Shown one piece after another: positions 37,847 through 47,876 of a DNA stretch of 64,000 nucleotides. The stretch covers positions 3,168,001-3,232,000 of the forward strand of contig CBDFJF010000002.1 of assembly GCA_965248265.1 (NCBI GenBank), given 5' to 3'. This stretch comes from Candidatus Latescibacterota bacterium (GTDB taxonomy: Bacteria > Latescibacterota > UBA2968 > UBA8231). Numbering within the stretch: the stretch's first letter is position 1; each line of letters begins with the position of its first letter. Below the pieces are notes generated by a model, which searched no databases, was not told the origin of the DNA, and saw nothing but the letters and a program-made list of their open reading frames with translations. A program made the position numbers and the translations under genes.

Positions 37847-40800
37847 ATGATGGGTTTACGCACTGACATGGCGCCTGCAAGCGCAAGAGGATTGATCCTC
37901 ACGGCCGTGATCGCCTTGTTGTCCTTCTCCCCGGCGTTGGTGGATGCCGCACAGATTGATCTGCGTGTCCAGGGATTGCCACCCGGGGCCGATCTCACCC
38001 ACGATATTGAGCTTGGAGATGAACTCGTCGTGGACGTCGTGATCGAAGCAGGTAGCGAGGAAGAGATCACCGGGTTTTCCCTCTTCATTTCCTACGACAA
38101 CGAAGTATTTGCCCTGATGCCGGCAGTGGAAGCCAGCGATCAAGAGACCTTGCAGCCCTTCGAGCCTGGTGGGTACCTCAACGGCGTTCCCTTGTTGAAT
38201 CGCCTCGAGGAAGTGGAGGGGGACACCGAGTCCTTCATCGCTTACGCCGAAGCCTCCGGGGTCTCGCGAGAGGTCGCCACCGGCAGTGGTGTGGCAGCTA
38301 GATTTCGCCTCGAGGTTCTGCGCCGGCCGTTGGGTGATCTCTCCCAGATCGTCGTGGAGGAGCGTGGTCACGATCGGTTTTCCCACTATGTCACCGCCGC
38401 GACCCCAGGAACGGAGAGGCGCTTCGACCAACCAGGAACCCTGTCATTCCGAGTAACCGGATTCCGCGTCAAGTCGCTTCCGGATCAAGTGCTCGTAGAA
38501 GGTGAGGCCTCTTCCGTATTCATCCTGAATGATTTCGTCGACCAGGAGGGAGGACGCATCCTCTGGTCGGCCACCCGACTGAGTGAATTGCCGACGTCGA
38601 TCGACGAAGAGTCCACGCAGGTCACGATCACCCCTCAGATAGGCGGCTTTGGTTCAGGTCCCAATCGCAATGCCAGTCGTCGCATGATCTTTACCGCCTT
38701 CGAGACCGGTGAGGGGCTGACAGCCGCCGACACCATCGACATCGTCGTCAACGCGCGTCCGCAGATCGGTGAAGCCATGCGTGACACCGTCCGCTTTGCC
38801 GAAGACGGCTCGACCACGCGGGACCTCGATGGATTCGTCGCCGATGCCGACGACCTGAACGCGGACCTGTCCTGGACGGCCACGACTTCCGGAAATGTCA
38901 TGGTGTCGATCAACCCGGAGACCAGAGTGGCGACCTTTACGGCCGCGCCCGACTGGTACGGCAATGAAGAGGTGGTCTTTCGGGTCGCCGATGGGGATGC
39001 ACTTGATGACGTGGGCACTACCGTCGTTTCCGTAGCGCCCGTAAACGATCCACCGGTGGCTGGTCGCCTCGAGCCAGTCTACCCGCCCAGCGGTTCATCC
39101 GGGGTGGCCATCCCGTTGTCTGATCTGATCAGCGACCGGGATGATGAGCTAACCGACTTGGAGATCACGCCTGAAGTCGAGGGGTCGGCCACAGCGCGGA
39201 TATCACCAGACGGCACAGCGCTTATAGTCAGTGGGGACGAAGCGGGTCGCAGCGTCATTCGCTTGACGGTCACCGACACCTCGGGTGCCACTGCCCAGAC
39301 TCGACAGGTTGCGGTAGTTCTGGGGCCGAATGAGCAGGTTGCACCGGAGATTCTCAGTCTGCCACAGGTGCAGCTGCGCGCCGGCACATTCACCACCTTG
39401 AGTCTGAACCCATTCGCGCGAGATGATCAGCCCGTGAGCAATCTGATCTGGGCTAGCGTAGCGCCCGACGAGTTGCTGGATACCATCGGCTCAGATAATG
39501 TTTTGCGGGTTGACGCGGACGCCTCGTTCTCGGGGGAGTCGGTCGTCGTGTTGGTGGCGACAGACCAGGCAGGGCTCACCGACACGGCGACGCTGCCCGT
39601 GCAGGTGGCGGGTGAGGGTCAAGACCTTCCACCCCTGATATCGCTACCGGGCAAGATCGGTGTGGTCGGGGAGGACGAATCATCAACTCCGACTGAAGTC
39701 GCGTTGGATCCTCTCGTCATCGACCTCGATGATGTTGACAGCCAGATTCAGTGGGAGGTGTTCACGTCGAGTCCGGGACTCGTCATCAATATTGACGAAG
39801 ATAGAACGCTGATGGTCAGTGCCGGCGCTGATTTTGCTCAGGGCGGATCTGGAATAGGGTCCATCTCGCTGATCGCCCGCAACACCAAGGATCTTGCAGA
39901 TACGGCTGCCGTTCCAGTGATCGTCTCCGTCCCAGGGCAAGAGCCGCAGATGGCACCGTTGCCCGACGTCACCCTGGACAGCCTGGCCGCCGAGGTACGC
40001 GTCGATCTGGATGAGTTCGTCTTTGACGCGGACGACTTCGATTCAGAGGTCTTCATGGTGACGGATCATGATCCGGGCGTCGTCGTCGATGTCGATCCGG
40101 TGACTCACGAAATTACGGTACGTCGCGTGGAGGAGAGCGGACGACCCCTTCCCAGTACGTCCGTGCGAGTTTCCGCCGTTGACACGGATGGTGGCTCCTC
40201 GGTAACCCGCATATTGACTATTCAACTGCCGCCGATCTTCAGCTTGAGTGCCATCCCGGACATTGAATTCTTCGAAGGGGAGGACGCCAGCCTGGATCTT
40301 GACGATCATGTGGCTCAACCCGATCCACCTCCACCGCTGTCCTGGTCCGTCGGTCCGACACAGCATCTTGAAGTCCGTATTGATCCGTTGACGCACCGGG
40401 CATTCATCGAGCCCTCCAATGCCGATTTCGTCGGCAGTGAGGTGTTGACCTTCGACGCCATGGACGAGACTGGACGCACCCGCAGCGGCACGGTCAAAGT
40501 CACCGTCAAAAGCCGCGGCCTGGCCCCCGAGATTCGCGACCTGCCAACGATAGAACTGCAGGCAGGCGGCACTGATCGCAGCATTGATCTGGATCAGTTT
40601 GTCTTCGACGATGATCCGGACGACGCACTTCGGTGGACCTTTACGCAGCCTCCGAGCCTGGAGGTCTTCGTCGATCCGGCCACGAACGAGGTCACGATAA
40701 CGGCGCAGGAGGCCGCGGTCGGGCTCGAGCAGGTGCAATTTGCCGTCCAGGATCCAGCCGGGAACACCGACATCGGCGTGCTCGAGGTTATGGTCGTCAG

Positions 40801-42034
40801 AGGCGGCCTGCCGCCGCAGATCAGCGGCCTGCCGCAGATCACCCTGCTGGCGGGAGCTCCGGAGCAATCGTTGTCACTGGATCTGTACGTGACTGACACG
40901 GACACGCCGGACGATCAAATAGTCTGGGTGGTTCGCAGTGAACCCGGAGTGAACGCCCGCATCCAGGACCGACGCCTGTTCCTCTCGGTTCCAGCAGGGC
41001 AGGAAGGTGGGCGACAGCTCACGCTGACGGCCACCGACCCTCAGGGCAACGAGGCTGAGGCTGTCCTCCAGCTTACGATCGAGTTGGATGCTCAAGCACC
41101 TCGATTGAGCCTGGAGATCAAACGCAATCCTGTGGTAGCGGATCTGATAGAGGTCATCGTGACTTCGGACGAATCCTTACCGCAGGCGCCTGGGGTGCGG
41201 ATCAATGGCGCTGAGGTCGAGGTCTTGACGCTCGCCGATGACAGCCTCTTTGTGGCGGCTACGACGATATCTCCCTCAGGGGAGTTGCAGTTGCTCGAAG
41301 TGCTGGCCGAAGGCGCTGACCGAGCCGGAAATGTGAGTACCCGCGAATTGACGGTGGCTTTACGGTGGATGATCGACGAAGGAGGGACGGTACCGTACAC
41401 GGATGGCGTGGCGATCGCCAACGTTCCCGATGCCGCTGCCGGACCGAGACGCCTGGCCATCCTCTACCGCCTGGGAGAAGAGGAGACCCCCCCGGAGAGT
41501 GCGGGTGAGCCGGTCTACGCGATCGATCTGGACAGTGGCGAGCCAGTCATGGATCCCTACACCATCAACCTGTTCCAAGGCGAACGGTCGGGTCAGGGGC
41601 GCGGCCTGCTGCGTTGGGAGCCCTCGAGGCAGGTGTGGGAGGAAGTTCCGACGATCGTGGATGAGGCTGCCGGATGGCTGACGGCTTCCATTCGCGAATC
41701 AGGCCTTTATCGCCCAGGGGCGGTCGCCAGCACCAACACGCGGCCAACCCAGAAGCTGGCCAATCATCCCAATCCGTTTCCTTCTGCCGGGAGCGACAAC
41801 ACGCAGATCGAGTACGAGATGTCCGTCGCCGGACCAGTCCGACTGGAAGTCTTCAACGTTCTCGGGCAGCGGGTGCGCCTGCTGGTCGATGAGTCGTTCC
41901 AGGATGTCGGCGTGTGGACGGTAGTTTGGAACGGAAGAGACGACGCCGGGAGAACGCTCGGCAGTGGCGTCTATTTCTATGAACTCGCGGAACAGCAGGG
42001 AGTCCAGTGTCGTTCGCTGGTGTTGTTCCGTTAG
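37847..42034 (+). CDS. Giant secreted protein with an N-terminal cohesin-like domain, cadherin-like repeats and a FlgD-like C-terminal domain
   Basis: GDELVVDV..ITGFSLFISYD..GSGVAARFRL, many LDxxVxDxD..LxW repeats, and NHPNPF..WNGRD..SGVYFY. Confidence 0.85.
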   Translation: MMGLRTDMAPASARGLILTAVIALLSFSPALVDAAQIDLRVQGLPPGADLTHDIELGDELVVDVVIEAGSEEEITGFSLFISYDNEVFALMPAVEASDQETLQPFEPGGYLNGVPLLNRLEEVEGDTESFIAYAEASGVSREVATGSGVAARFRLEVLRRPLGDLSQIVVEERGHDRFSHYVTAATPGTERRFDQPGTLSFRVTGFRVKSLPDQVLVEGEASSVFILNDFVDQEGGRILWSATRLSELPTSIDEESTQVTITPQIGGFGSGPNRNASRRMIFTAFETGEGLTAADTIDIVVNARPQIGEAMRDTVRFAEDGSTTRDLDGFVADADDLNADLSWTATTSGNVMVSINPETRVATFTAAPDWYGNEEVVFRVADGDALDDVGTTVVSVAPVNDPPVAGRLEPVYPPSGSSGVAIPLSDLISDRDDELTDLEITPEVEGSATARISPDGTALIVSGDEAGRSVIRLTVTDTSGATAQTRQVAVVLGPNEQVAPEILSLPQVQLRAGTFTTLSLNPFARDDQPVSNLIWASVAPDELLDTIGSDNVLRVDADASFSGESVVVLVATDQAGLTDTATLPVQVAGEGQDLPPLISLPGKIGVVGEDESSTPTEVALDPLVIDLDDVDSQIQWEVFTSSPGLVINIDEDRTLMVSAGADFAQGGSGIGSISLIARNTKDLADTAAVPVIVSVPGQEPQMAPLPDVTLDSLAAEVRVDLDEFVFDADDFDSEVFMVTDHDPGVVVDVDPVTHEITVRRVEESGRPLPSTSVRVSAVDTDGGSSVTRILTIQLPPIFSLSAIPDIEFFEGEDASLDLDDHVAQPDPPPPLSWSVGPTQHLEVRIDPLTHRAFIEPSNADFVGSEVLTFDAMDETGRTRSGTVKVTVKSRGLAPEIRDLPTIELQAGGTDRSIDLDQFVFDDDPDDALRWTFTQPPSLEVFVDPATNEVTITAQEAAVGLEQVQFAVQDPAGNTDIGVLEVMVVRGGLPPQISGLPQITLLAGAPEQSLSLDLYVTDTDTPDDQIVWVVRSEPGVNARIQDRRLFLSVPAGQEGGRQLTLTATDPQGNEAEAVLQLTIELDAQAPRLSLEIKRNPVVADLIEVIVTSDESLPQAPGVRINGAEVEVLTLADDSLFVAATTISPSGELQLLEVLAEGADRAGNVSTRELTVALRWMIDEGGTVPYTDGVAIANVPDAAAGPRRLAILYRLGEEETPPESAGEPVYAIDLDSGEPVMDPYTINLFQGERSGQGRGLLRWEPSRQVWEEVPTIVDEAAGWLTASIRESGLYRPGAVASTNTRPTQKLANHPNPFPSAGSDNTQIEYEMSVAGPVRLEVFNVLGQRVRLLVDESFQDVGVWTVVWNGRDDAGRTLGSGVYFYELAEQQGVQCRSLVLFR

Positions 42035-42045
42035 GTGATTTGACC

Positions 42046-45000
42046 ATGAATACCGAATCGAAATTCGAGCCGGGAACGGCCAGACGCGTAGCCGGACAGT
42101 GTCTGCTGGTGTTGCTATGGCTGGCGGGGTGGGCCGCGGCGGGGCAGAATACCTGGACGGCCACCGGCAGTCTGGGCTCCGACATCAACGCCATTGTACC
42201 GCATCCGCAGGATGCGGGTACCCTGTACGCGGTTGGTGAAGACGGTGTTTTCCGGTCCATCGACGGCGGTGAGTGGGTCTCCATCAGCGAAGGCCTTGCC
42301 GCCTCGACGGTATTGAGCCTGGCTATCGACGGGCAAGATGCCAACCGTCTGTACGCTGGCTTGAATGCCGGTCTCTACACCAGCGGTGATGGCGGTCAAA
42401 CATGGACCCTCGTCGACGCCGTGGGGCCGGGTGTGCTGTCCTTGGCGATCGGACCAGAGGGGTTGGTGTACGCAGGCACCCTGGGGCGCGGCATCTACGT
42501 CAGCGAGAATGCCGGCGTTGATTGGCGCATCCCGGTTGAGCTCTCATCCTCGTTGATCTTCGATCTCACGGCATCACCGGTTGACGGTACGGCCTACGCC
42601 GCAACCGCGTCCGGTCTGTACCGTACCCAGGATGGTGGTTTGAGCTGGAATCTTGTGGGATTTGATCTGGCTGAGTTGAGCATTCGTGACATCGATCTGT
42701 CGAAGGAGGATGTCGAGACTCTGTTCGTTGCGACCTTTGGAGGGGGTGTTTTCAAAAGCCTGGATTTCGGTGTTCACTGGACGGCCCTCAATCAAGGGCT
42801 GGATGATCTGTCCGTTCGCTCCATCGAGGTGGCTCGCCGGGACCGGCTGCTGTACGCGGCGACGTCGACGGGGGGGTTCTACCGTTCGTCGGACGCCGGC
42901 CAATCCTGGAACCCGGTCAACGACGGACTATCCTCGCTCACGGCACGCACGACCTACCACGCTGACGATCCGGATCAAGACCGGCTATTCGGGGCAGGAC
43001 CGGCACCGGGCGTGTTCGAGATCACCTTCGCTCCAGAGCCAGACATTCAGGTAGATTCGGCGATCCTCGATTTTGGCGAAATCTCGGTGGGTGTCGTGCA
43101 ACAGCTAGCCGTATCGATTTCGAATTCCGGGGACGCAGATCTACAGATCTCGAGCTTGAGTACTATCAGAAACGGACCGTTCGTGCCACAGGCGGATGCA
43201 GTCCCGTTCGTGATTCCGGCAGGGGGAAGCATAGACCTGGCGATCACCTTTCAACCCCAGGAGGGCGGTGACGAGGCTGACACGCTGACCATTCGCAGCG
43301 ACGATCTGGACAGTCCCGAACTGGAGGTTGCCCTGCGGGGAATCGGCGTCCGCGCTGATTTGCGAGTAGGGGGATCGGGGACGGGGATGGATTTTGGTGA
43401 GGTGCGGGTGGGCGATACCGCAGACACGACCATCGTCATCAACAATATTGGCAACGCAGCTGTCGTCCTCTCGGGCGCCTCGGTCGATGACGACACCTTC
43501 CAGGTGCTCTCATTCGAGGTCGTGGAGGTTCAGGCGCTTGGCAGTGTCTTTGTCCGACTTCGTTACTCTCCGGTGCAACCGCAGGCCAATGCCACCACCC
43601 TCGTAATCTTGACTACCGAGCCGAGCCAGCCGCGTTTCGAGTTACCCCTGCTAGGCACCGGCACCTCTCCCGCGATCGAAGTGCTGCCCGATGAACTGCT
43701 ATTCGGCAACGTCAACCTCGGTCGAGAGACCCGCTTGCTGTTGTCGGTAGCCAACAACGGTAACGCGGACCTGCAGGTGACAGGCCTCGAGATCGACGGA
43801 GATGCCTTCAGGCTGGAGCGCTCGGTCTCAGAGGCGAATCCGATCGTGGTGGCGCCAGGAGGAGCACAGCTTCTGGACGTCGTATTCCTGCCGTTGATCA
43901 GTGGCGCCCATCGGGGCACCCTGACCGTCGTCAGCGATGCACCCGAATCCCCCATCGAGATCTCTTTGTTGGGAACGGGCGGTGCCCTCGACCTGACGCC
44001 AAAGAATCCTGTGGAGGCCGGGACGGATCCCGTGGACTTGATCGTCCTGGATGTGGATGCGGATGGAGATCACGACCTGACCACCATCGACGAAACCTCC
44101 ATCCATGTTCTGCTCAATGATGGAACAGGGGCGTTTCCGCAAGTCGATCGCGTTGCCTACCCGGCTGCGGACTCGCCGTATTCCGAGTGGGATGCCCCGG
44201 TCGCGATAGCCGCAGCGCCCGTGTTCGGCCAGTCTCCTGATTTGATCGTCGCCGACCAGGCGGGACAGGTCGTTTCCATCGTCGCCAACGACGCTCAGGG
44301 TGGCTTCAGCCTGGAACGACAAGACGTGTTCATCGGCCATGCCATAACCGCCGTGATGCCGCTGGACGTTGACGCGGACGGCGACATCGACATAGCCGTT
44401 GCCGATGGGGACAGCCCCAGTATCACGATTCTGCTCAACAATGATGAGGCTGGATTCAACGCCCGCACCTCCATAGCCGTGGAGGACGGCCCGAGAGCCC
44501 TGACGGCCGCCAACCTGAACGACGACGGTCACATCGATCTCGTCGTCGCCAATGAAGACGCCGGAACGGTGTCCATATTACTGTCAGATCGCCAGGGCGG
44601 CTTTTCCGTGCCAAGGCAAGACATCCTCGTCGGCATCGCCCCCATTGCTCTGGGTGTCGTCGACTACGATGCGGACGGAGACAACGACATATTCAGTGCC
44701 AATGCAGGCTCACGCGACGTCTCCATCGTCGAGAGCGACGGGGATGGGGTTTTCGCCCTGGGTTCGCGCATCTCCACGGTGATGCAGCCAACGGGGTTGT
44801 CCTTGTCTGATTTAACCCGTGACGTCTTCGCTGATCTGGTGGTCTCCGGGGATGGTGATCCATTCCTGAGCTTCTTCGAGAATGATGCCGGAGCTGCGTT
44901 CACGGCAAAAGACGTGGTGCCGGCCAGTGCAGCCGCACTGCGAGTCGTCATCGCTGACATGAATGGTGATGGCAACAACGACATCGTCTCTCTCAGCCAA

Positions 45001-47055
45001 GCGACGGTCCGCGTTTTCATCAACGAAGACACCCGCGTCATGGATCCCCCGCGTCCGCCAACGCAGGTCACGGCAGACGATGTTGCCCGTGATTTGGGTC
45101 GCCAGATTGAGATAACCTGGGACGCTCCCGAGTTGGACGAGCAGATCGGCCGGACTACTGAATACCTGATTTTTCGCGCAGAGGACGAGGATGGTCCTTT
45201 CGTCGAGTTGGGTCGTCGGTCCGCTGGTGAGAGAGACTTCATCGATGACGCGGCGACCTTGTCTCAGACCTTCTACTATTTTGTCCAGGCTGGTAACGCC
45301 GCCCTTCAGTCGGGCAACTCAGATACCGTATCCGCCGCATCCAGGCCGGCGCCGTTCTTTGAGCTCGAACTGATCAACGAACCCCGCATCAGCGTCGGTG
45401 ACACTCTCAAGGTGCGGGCTTTGCTGACTCCGGCGGTGCATGACGTTGCCGGGATCTCCCTCTATCTGACCTACGATGACAGCGCCCTGACCCTCATCGA
45501 CGCTGACTCCACCTCCGCAGCCCTGGTGCCGTTCAGATTGGACACCACCCTGACGGCCGGCAGTCTCGTGGAGAACCGGCTTCATCCCAGCACGAGCGAC
45601 AAGATCGATATCTCGTTGACCTCACTGCAGATTTCAAACGGCGTACAACCCGTATCGCTCGGCGAGATTTGGTTCCGTACGTTGAAAGACAGGACGACAC
45701 CGCTGACCATCGACGATGAGGACGCCCTCAACCGTCGCAGCGCCGTGGTCGAGCAGGTGACGGGAAACTGGATTCTGCCTTTCATCCCGAGCCGTCAGAC
45801 TCAGGTTTCCATCAGAGATTTCCAGGTCAGCGGCAGCCTTGAACTGGAGGGCCGGGCGGCCGATAACCTGGGATTGCAGGCGACGATCACCCTCGTCGAC
45901 TCCGCCGGTGGCAGGCTGGAGTCACCGCTGAACGACGAAGATGCCGAGCGGCCTCTGATTCAGTCCACCCTCACCGTCGACGGACAGTTCGAACTCAACC
46001 AGATTCCGCGTGGCAGCTATCGGATTTTTGCCAAGACGCCGAGTCATCTACAGGGGCAGGTCGTAGGGGACACAGTCACCATCGGTGACTCCCTGCGCAC
46101 GATGCTGAGGTTTGCCTGGATGCGCTCGGACTCGACGGTCACGTCCATTCTCCCCGCGGGTGATGCCAACGACGACAATCGGGTCAATCTGGCGGATTAC
46201 GGGCTGCTGGTAAGGCATTTCGACTCCAATTCGTCTGACATCAGCGTTTGGGATGAAGCGCAGATGGTGGACTTCAATGGCGACAATTTCGTCAACGCCA
46301 CCGACTTCTTCCTGCTGGCGCAAAACTTCGGTGAGATCGGCATGGGTTTTTCCGTCACAGCGGCCAAGCGTTCAGCCAGGGGTTGGGTCTCCTTCGACGA
46401 CGATCGGGAGGCGATCGCAGTCGGTGAGGTCGGCGCCATTCGAGGATACTCGCTGAAAGTCCTCATCGGCGGTTCGCCCCGACATGCCGGGCAGCAGGTC
46501 ATCGATGCGCTTGGAGGGAGCCTGTTCTCCGGCGATGATTCGATGGCACATGTGTGGCCGGTGGATGGAGGATCTGCCATCATCGTGGCCGTGGCCATGC
46601 GAGATCCAACCAGGACGATCGACGCTACGGAAGGAGTTCTTGCGCGCTTCAACGAAGCGATATCAGGAGGCGAAGCACCGAGTCTCCGGATCCTGGATGC
46701 GGAAGTTCTGCTTTCGGATTGGAGTGTGGCCAACCCGGAGATCCGGCAATCACGGGCGCTGCCGACTTCGACCTTCCTGCTCCAGAATTACCCCAATCCG
46801 TTCAATCCCTCGACCGTCATTCCGTTTGAGCTGGCCGCGGGAGACGGGTCGGCGAGGGTCACGCTGGAGGTATTCAATTTGCTCGGGCAACGGATTCGGA
46901 CCCTCGTTGATGCGAGGGTGCGTCCGGGGGCGCATGAAGTCGTCTGGGATGGCAGGGACCGTGAAGGACGTGCCGCCGCTTCCGGCATCTACATCTATCG
47001 TCTTTCGATCGGGGGGAGTCAATTGCTCTCCCGCCGCCTGCTGCTAGTACACTGA
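42046..47055 (+). CDS. Giant secreted protein: BNR propeller, three ASH/choice-of-anchor-D domains, FG-GAP, FN3, cohesin-like, dockerin-like and FlgD-like C-terminal domain
   Basis: SxDGGxTW repeats, DFG.V..NxGxA repeats, DVDADGD repeats, GDANDDNRVNLAD...DFNGDNFVNATDFFLLAQNFG and QNYPNPFNPST. Confidence 0.88.
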   Translation: MNTESKFEPGTARRVAGQCLLVLLWLAGWAAAGQNTWTATGSLGSDINAIVPHPQDAGTLYAVGEDGVFRSIDGGEWVSISEGLAASTVLSLAIDGQDANRLYAGLNAGLYTSGDGGQTWTLVDAVGPGVLSLAIGPEGLVYAGTLGRGIYVSENAGVDWRIPVELSSSLIFDLTASPVDGTAYAATASGLYRTQDGGLSWNLVGFDLAELSIRDIDLSKEDVETLFVATFGGGVFKSLDFGVHWTALNQGLDDLSVRSIEVARRDRLLYAATSTGGFYRSSDAGQSWNPVNDGLSSLTARTTYHADDPDQDRLFGAGPAPGVFEITFAPEPDIQVDSAILDFGEISVGVVQQLAVSISNSGDADLQISSLSTIRNGPFVPQADAVPFVIPAGGSIDLAITFQPQEGGDEADTLTIRSDDLDSPELEVALRGIGVRADLRVGGSGTGMDFGEVRVGDTADTTIVINNIGNAAVVLSGASVDDDTFQVLSFEVVEVQALGSVFVRLRYSPVQPQANATTLVILTTEPSQPRFELPLLGTGTSPAIEVLPDELLFGNVNLGRETRLLLSVANNGNADLQVTGLEIDGDAFRLERSVSEANPIVVAPGGAQLLDVVFLPLISGAHRGTLTVVSDAPESPIEISLLGTGGALDLTPKNPVEAGTDPVDLIVLDVDADGDHDLTTIDETSIHVLLNDGTGAFPQVDRVAYPAADSPYSEWDAPVAIAAAPVFGQSPDLIVADQAGQVVSIVANDAQGGFSLERQDVFIGHAITAVMPLDVDADGDIDIAVADGDSPSITILLNNDEAGFNARTSIAVEDGPRALTAANLNDDGHIDLVVANEDAGTVSILLSDRQGGFSVPRQDILVGIAPIALGVVDYDADGDNDIFSANAGSRDVSIVESDGDGVFALGSRISTVMQPTGLSLSDLTRDVFADLVVSGDGDPFLSFFENDAGAAFTAKDVVPASAAALRVVIADMNGDGNNDIVSLSQATVRVFINEDTRVMDPPRPPTQVTADDVARDLGRQIEITWDAPELDEQIGRTTEYLIFRAEDEDGPFVELGRRSAGERDFIDDAATLSQTFYYFVQAGNAALQSGNSDTVSAASRPAPFFELELINEPRISVGDTLKVRALLTPAVHDVAGISLYLTYDDSALTLIDADSTSAALVPFRLDTTLTAGSLVENRLHPSTSDKIDISLTSLQISNGVQPVSLGEIWFRTLKDRTTPLTIDDEDALNRRSAVVEQVTGNWILPFIPSRQTQVSIRDFQVSGSLELEGRAADNLGLQATITLVDSAGGRLESPLNDEDAERPLIQSTLTVDGQFELNQIPRGSYRIFAKTPSHLQGQVVGDTVTIGDSLRTMLRFAWMRSDSTVTSILPAGDANDDNRVNLADYGLLVRHFDSNSSDISVWDEAQMVDFNGDNFVNATDFFLLAQNFGEIGMGFSVTAAKRSARGWVSFDDDREAIAVGEVGAIRGYSLKVLIGGSPRHAGQQVIDALGGSLFSGDDSMAHVWPVDGGSAIIVAVAMRDPTRTIDATEGVLARFNEAISGGEAPSLRILDAEVLLSDWSVANPEIRQSRALPTSTFLLQNYPNPFNPSTVIPFELAAGDGSARVTLEVFNLLGQRIRTLVDARVRPGAHEVVWDGRDREGRAAASGIYIYRLSIGGSQLLSRRLLLVH

Positions 47056-47056
47056 C

Positions 47057-47075
47057 GATCGCCTCCCTGGCGATC
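47057..47075. terminator. Hairpin between convergent genes
   Basis: GATCGCC-TCCCT-GGCGATC, with no U-tract. Confidence 0.35.
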
Positions 47076-47091
47076 CCGGCCCGCTCCTGCA

Positions 47092-47871
47092 TCATAAATC
47101 ACCGCTCACATCCGCGCCTTCCTGCCCCGCATGGCGGCGAAAGTCGATGACTCGCTTCTGCGGCGACAGGTTGATCTCGTCGACGACGGTGCCCTCGCGT
47201 GCCTGTAGCGCGCTGCAAACGACGACGGCCACATCCTCGGGGAGAACATGATTGTCCGCGGCATCTCCGGGCTCGAAATCGAGTTCGTCGAAGAACGGGG
47301 TTTGTACCATTCCCGGGTTAACGAGGCAAACACGGATACCCGCGGCTGACGATTCCTCCCTCAGCGCCTGGGCGAAGCCGCGCAAAGCGAATTTGCTGGC
47401 ACAGTACAGACTACCCTTGCGCGATCCGCGCAATGCGGCTTCGGAACCAATGATGACAATGTCTCCACGACCGGATCTTTTCATCCTGGGCAAAAATGCG
47501 CGCACGGCAAAGGCCTGGCTGGTGAAGTTCAGGTCGAGGAGTTCACGTATCTGGGTATAGGAGAATTGCTCCAGGTGACCGAATCGTCCCATTCCCGTGC
47601 AACATATCAAGGCATCGACTTCCTCATACTGCCGCGCGACATCCTCTAGGCGGCCTGGAAGATGGTCGAGTTGACTCATGTCCAGAGACAGGGAGGTGAA
47701 GTCGGGGTGATCGCGGGAAGGGAACTTGGTGAAGTCTCGAGCCAACCCGACAACACGCCACCCGTTTCGCAGCAGCTGTTCACAGATCGCTCTGCCGATA
47801 CCGGAACTGGCGCCGGTCACGACCGCCGTTTGGTGCTTTCCGATCTGACTGTTACCAGCCGATGTGTCCAT
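47092..47871 (-). CDS. SDR-family oxidoreductase
   Basis: TGASSGIG, YCASKFAL and NPGMVQT. Confidence 0.92.
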   Translation of the reverse strand: MDTSAGNSQIGKHQTAVVTGASSGIGRAICEQLLRNGWRVVGLARDFTKFPSRDHPDFTSLSLDMSQLDHLPGRLEDVARQYEEVDALICCTGMGRFGHLEQFSYTQIRELLDLNFTSQAFAVRAFLPRMKRSGRGDIVIIGSEAALRGSRKGSLYCASKFALRGFAQALREESSAAGIRVCLVNPGMVQTPFFDELDFEPGDAADNHVLPEDVAVVVCSALQAREGTVVDEINLSPQKRVIDFRRHAGQEGADVSGDL

Positions 47872-47876
47872 TGCTC

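Noticed and set aside
30457-47055. True cellulosome
   Set aside because: There is no multi-cohesin scaffoldin and no recognisable glycoside hydrolase or CBM domain in the cluster.
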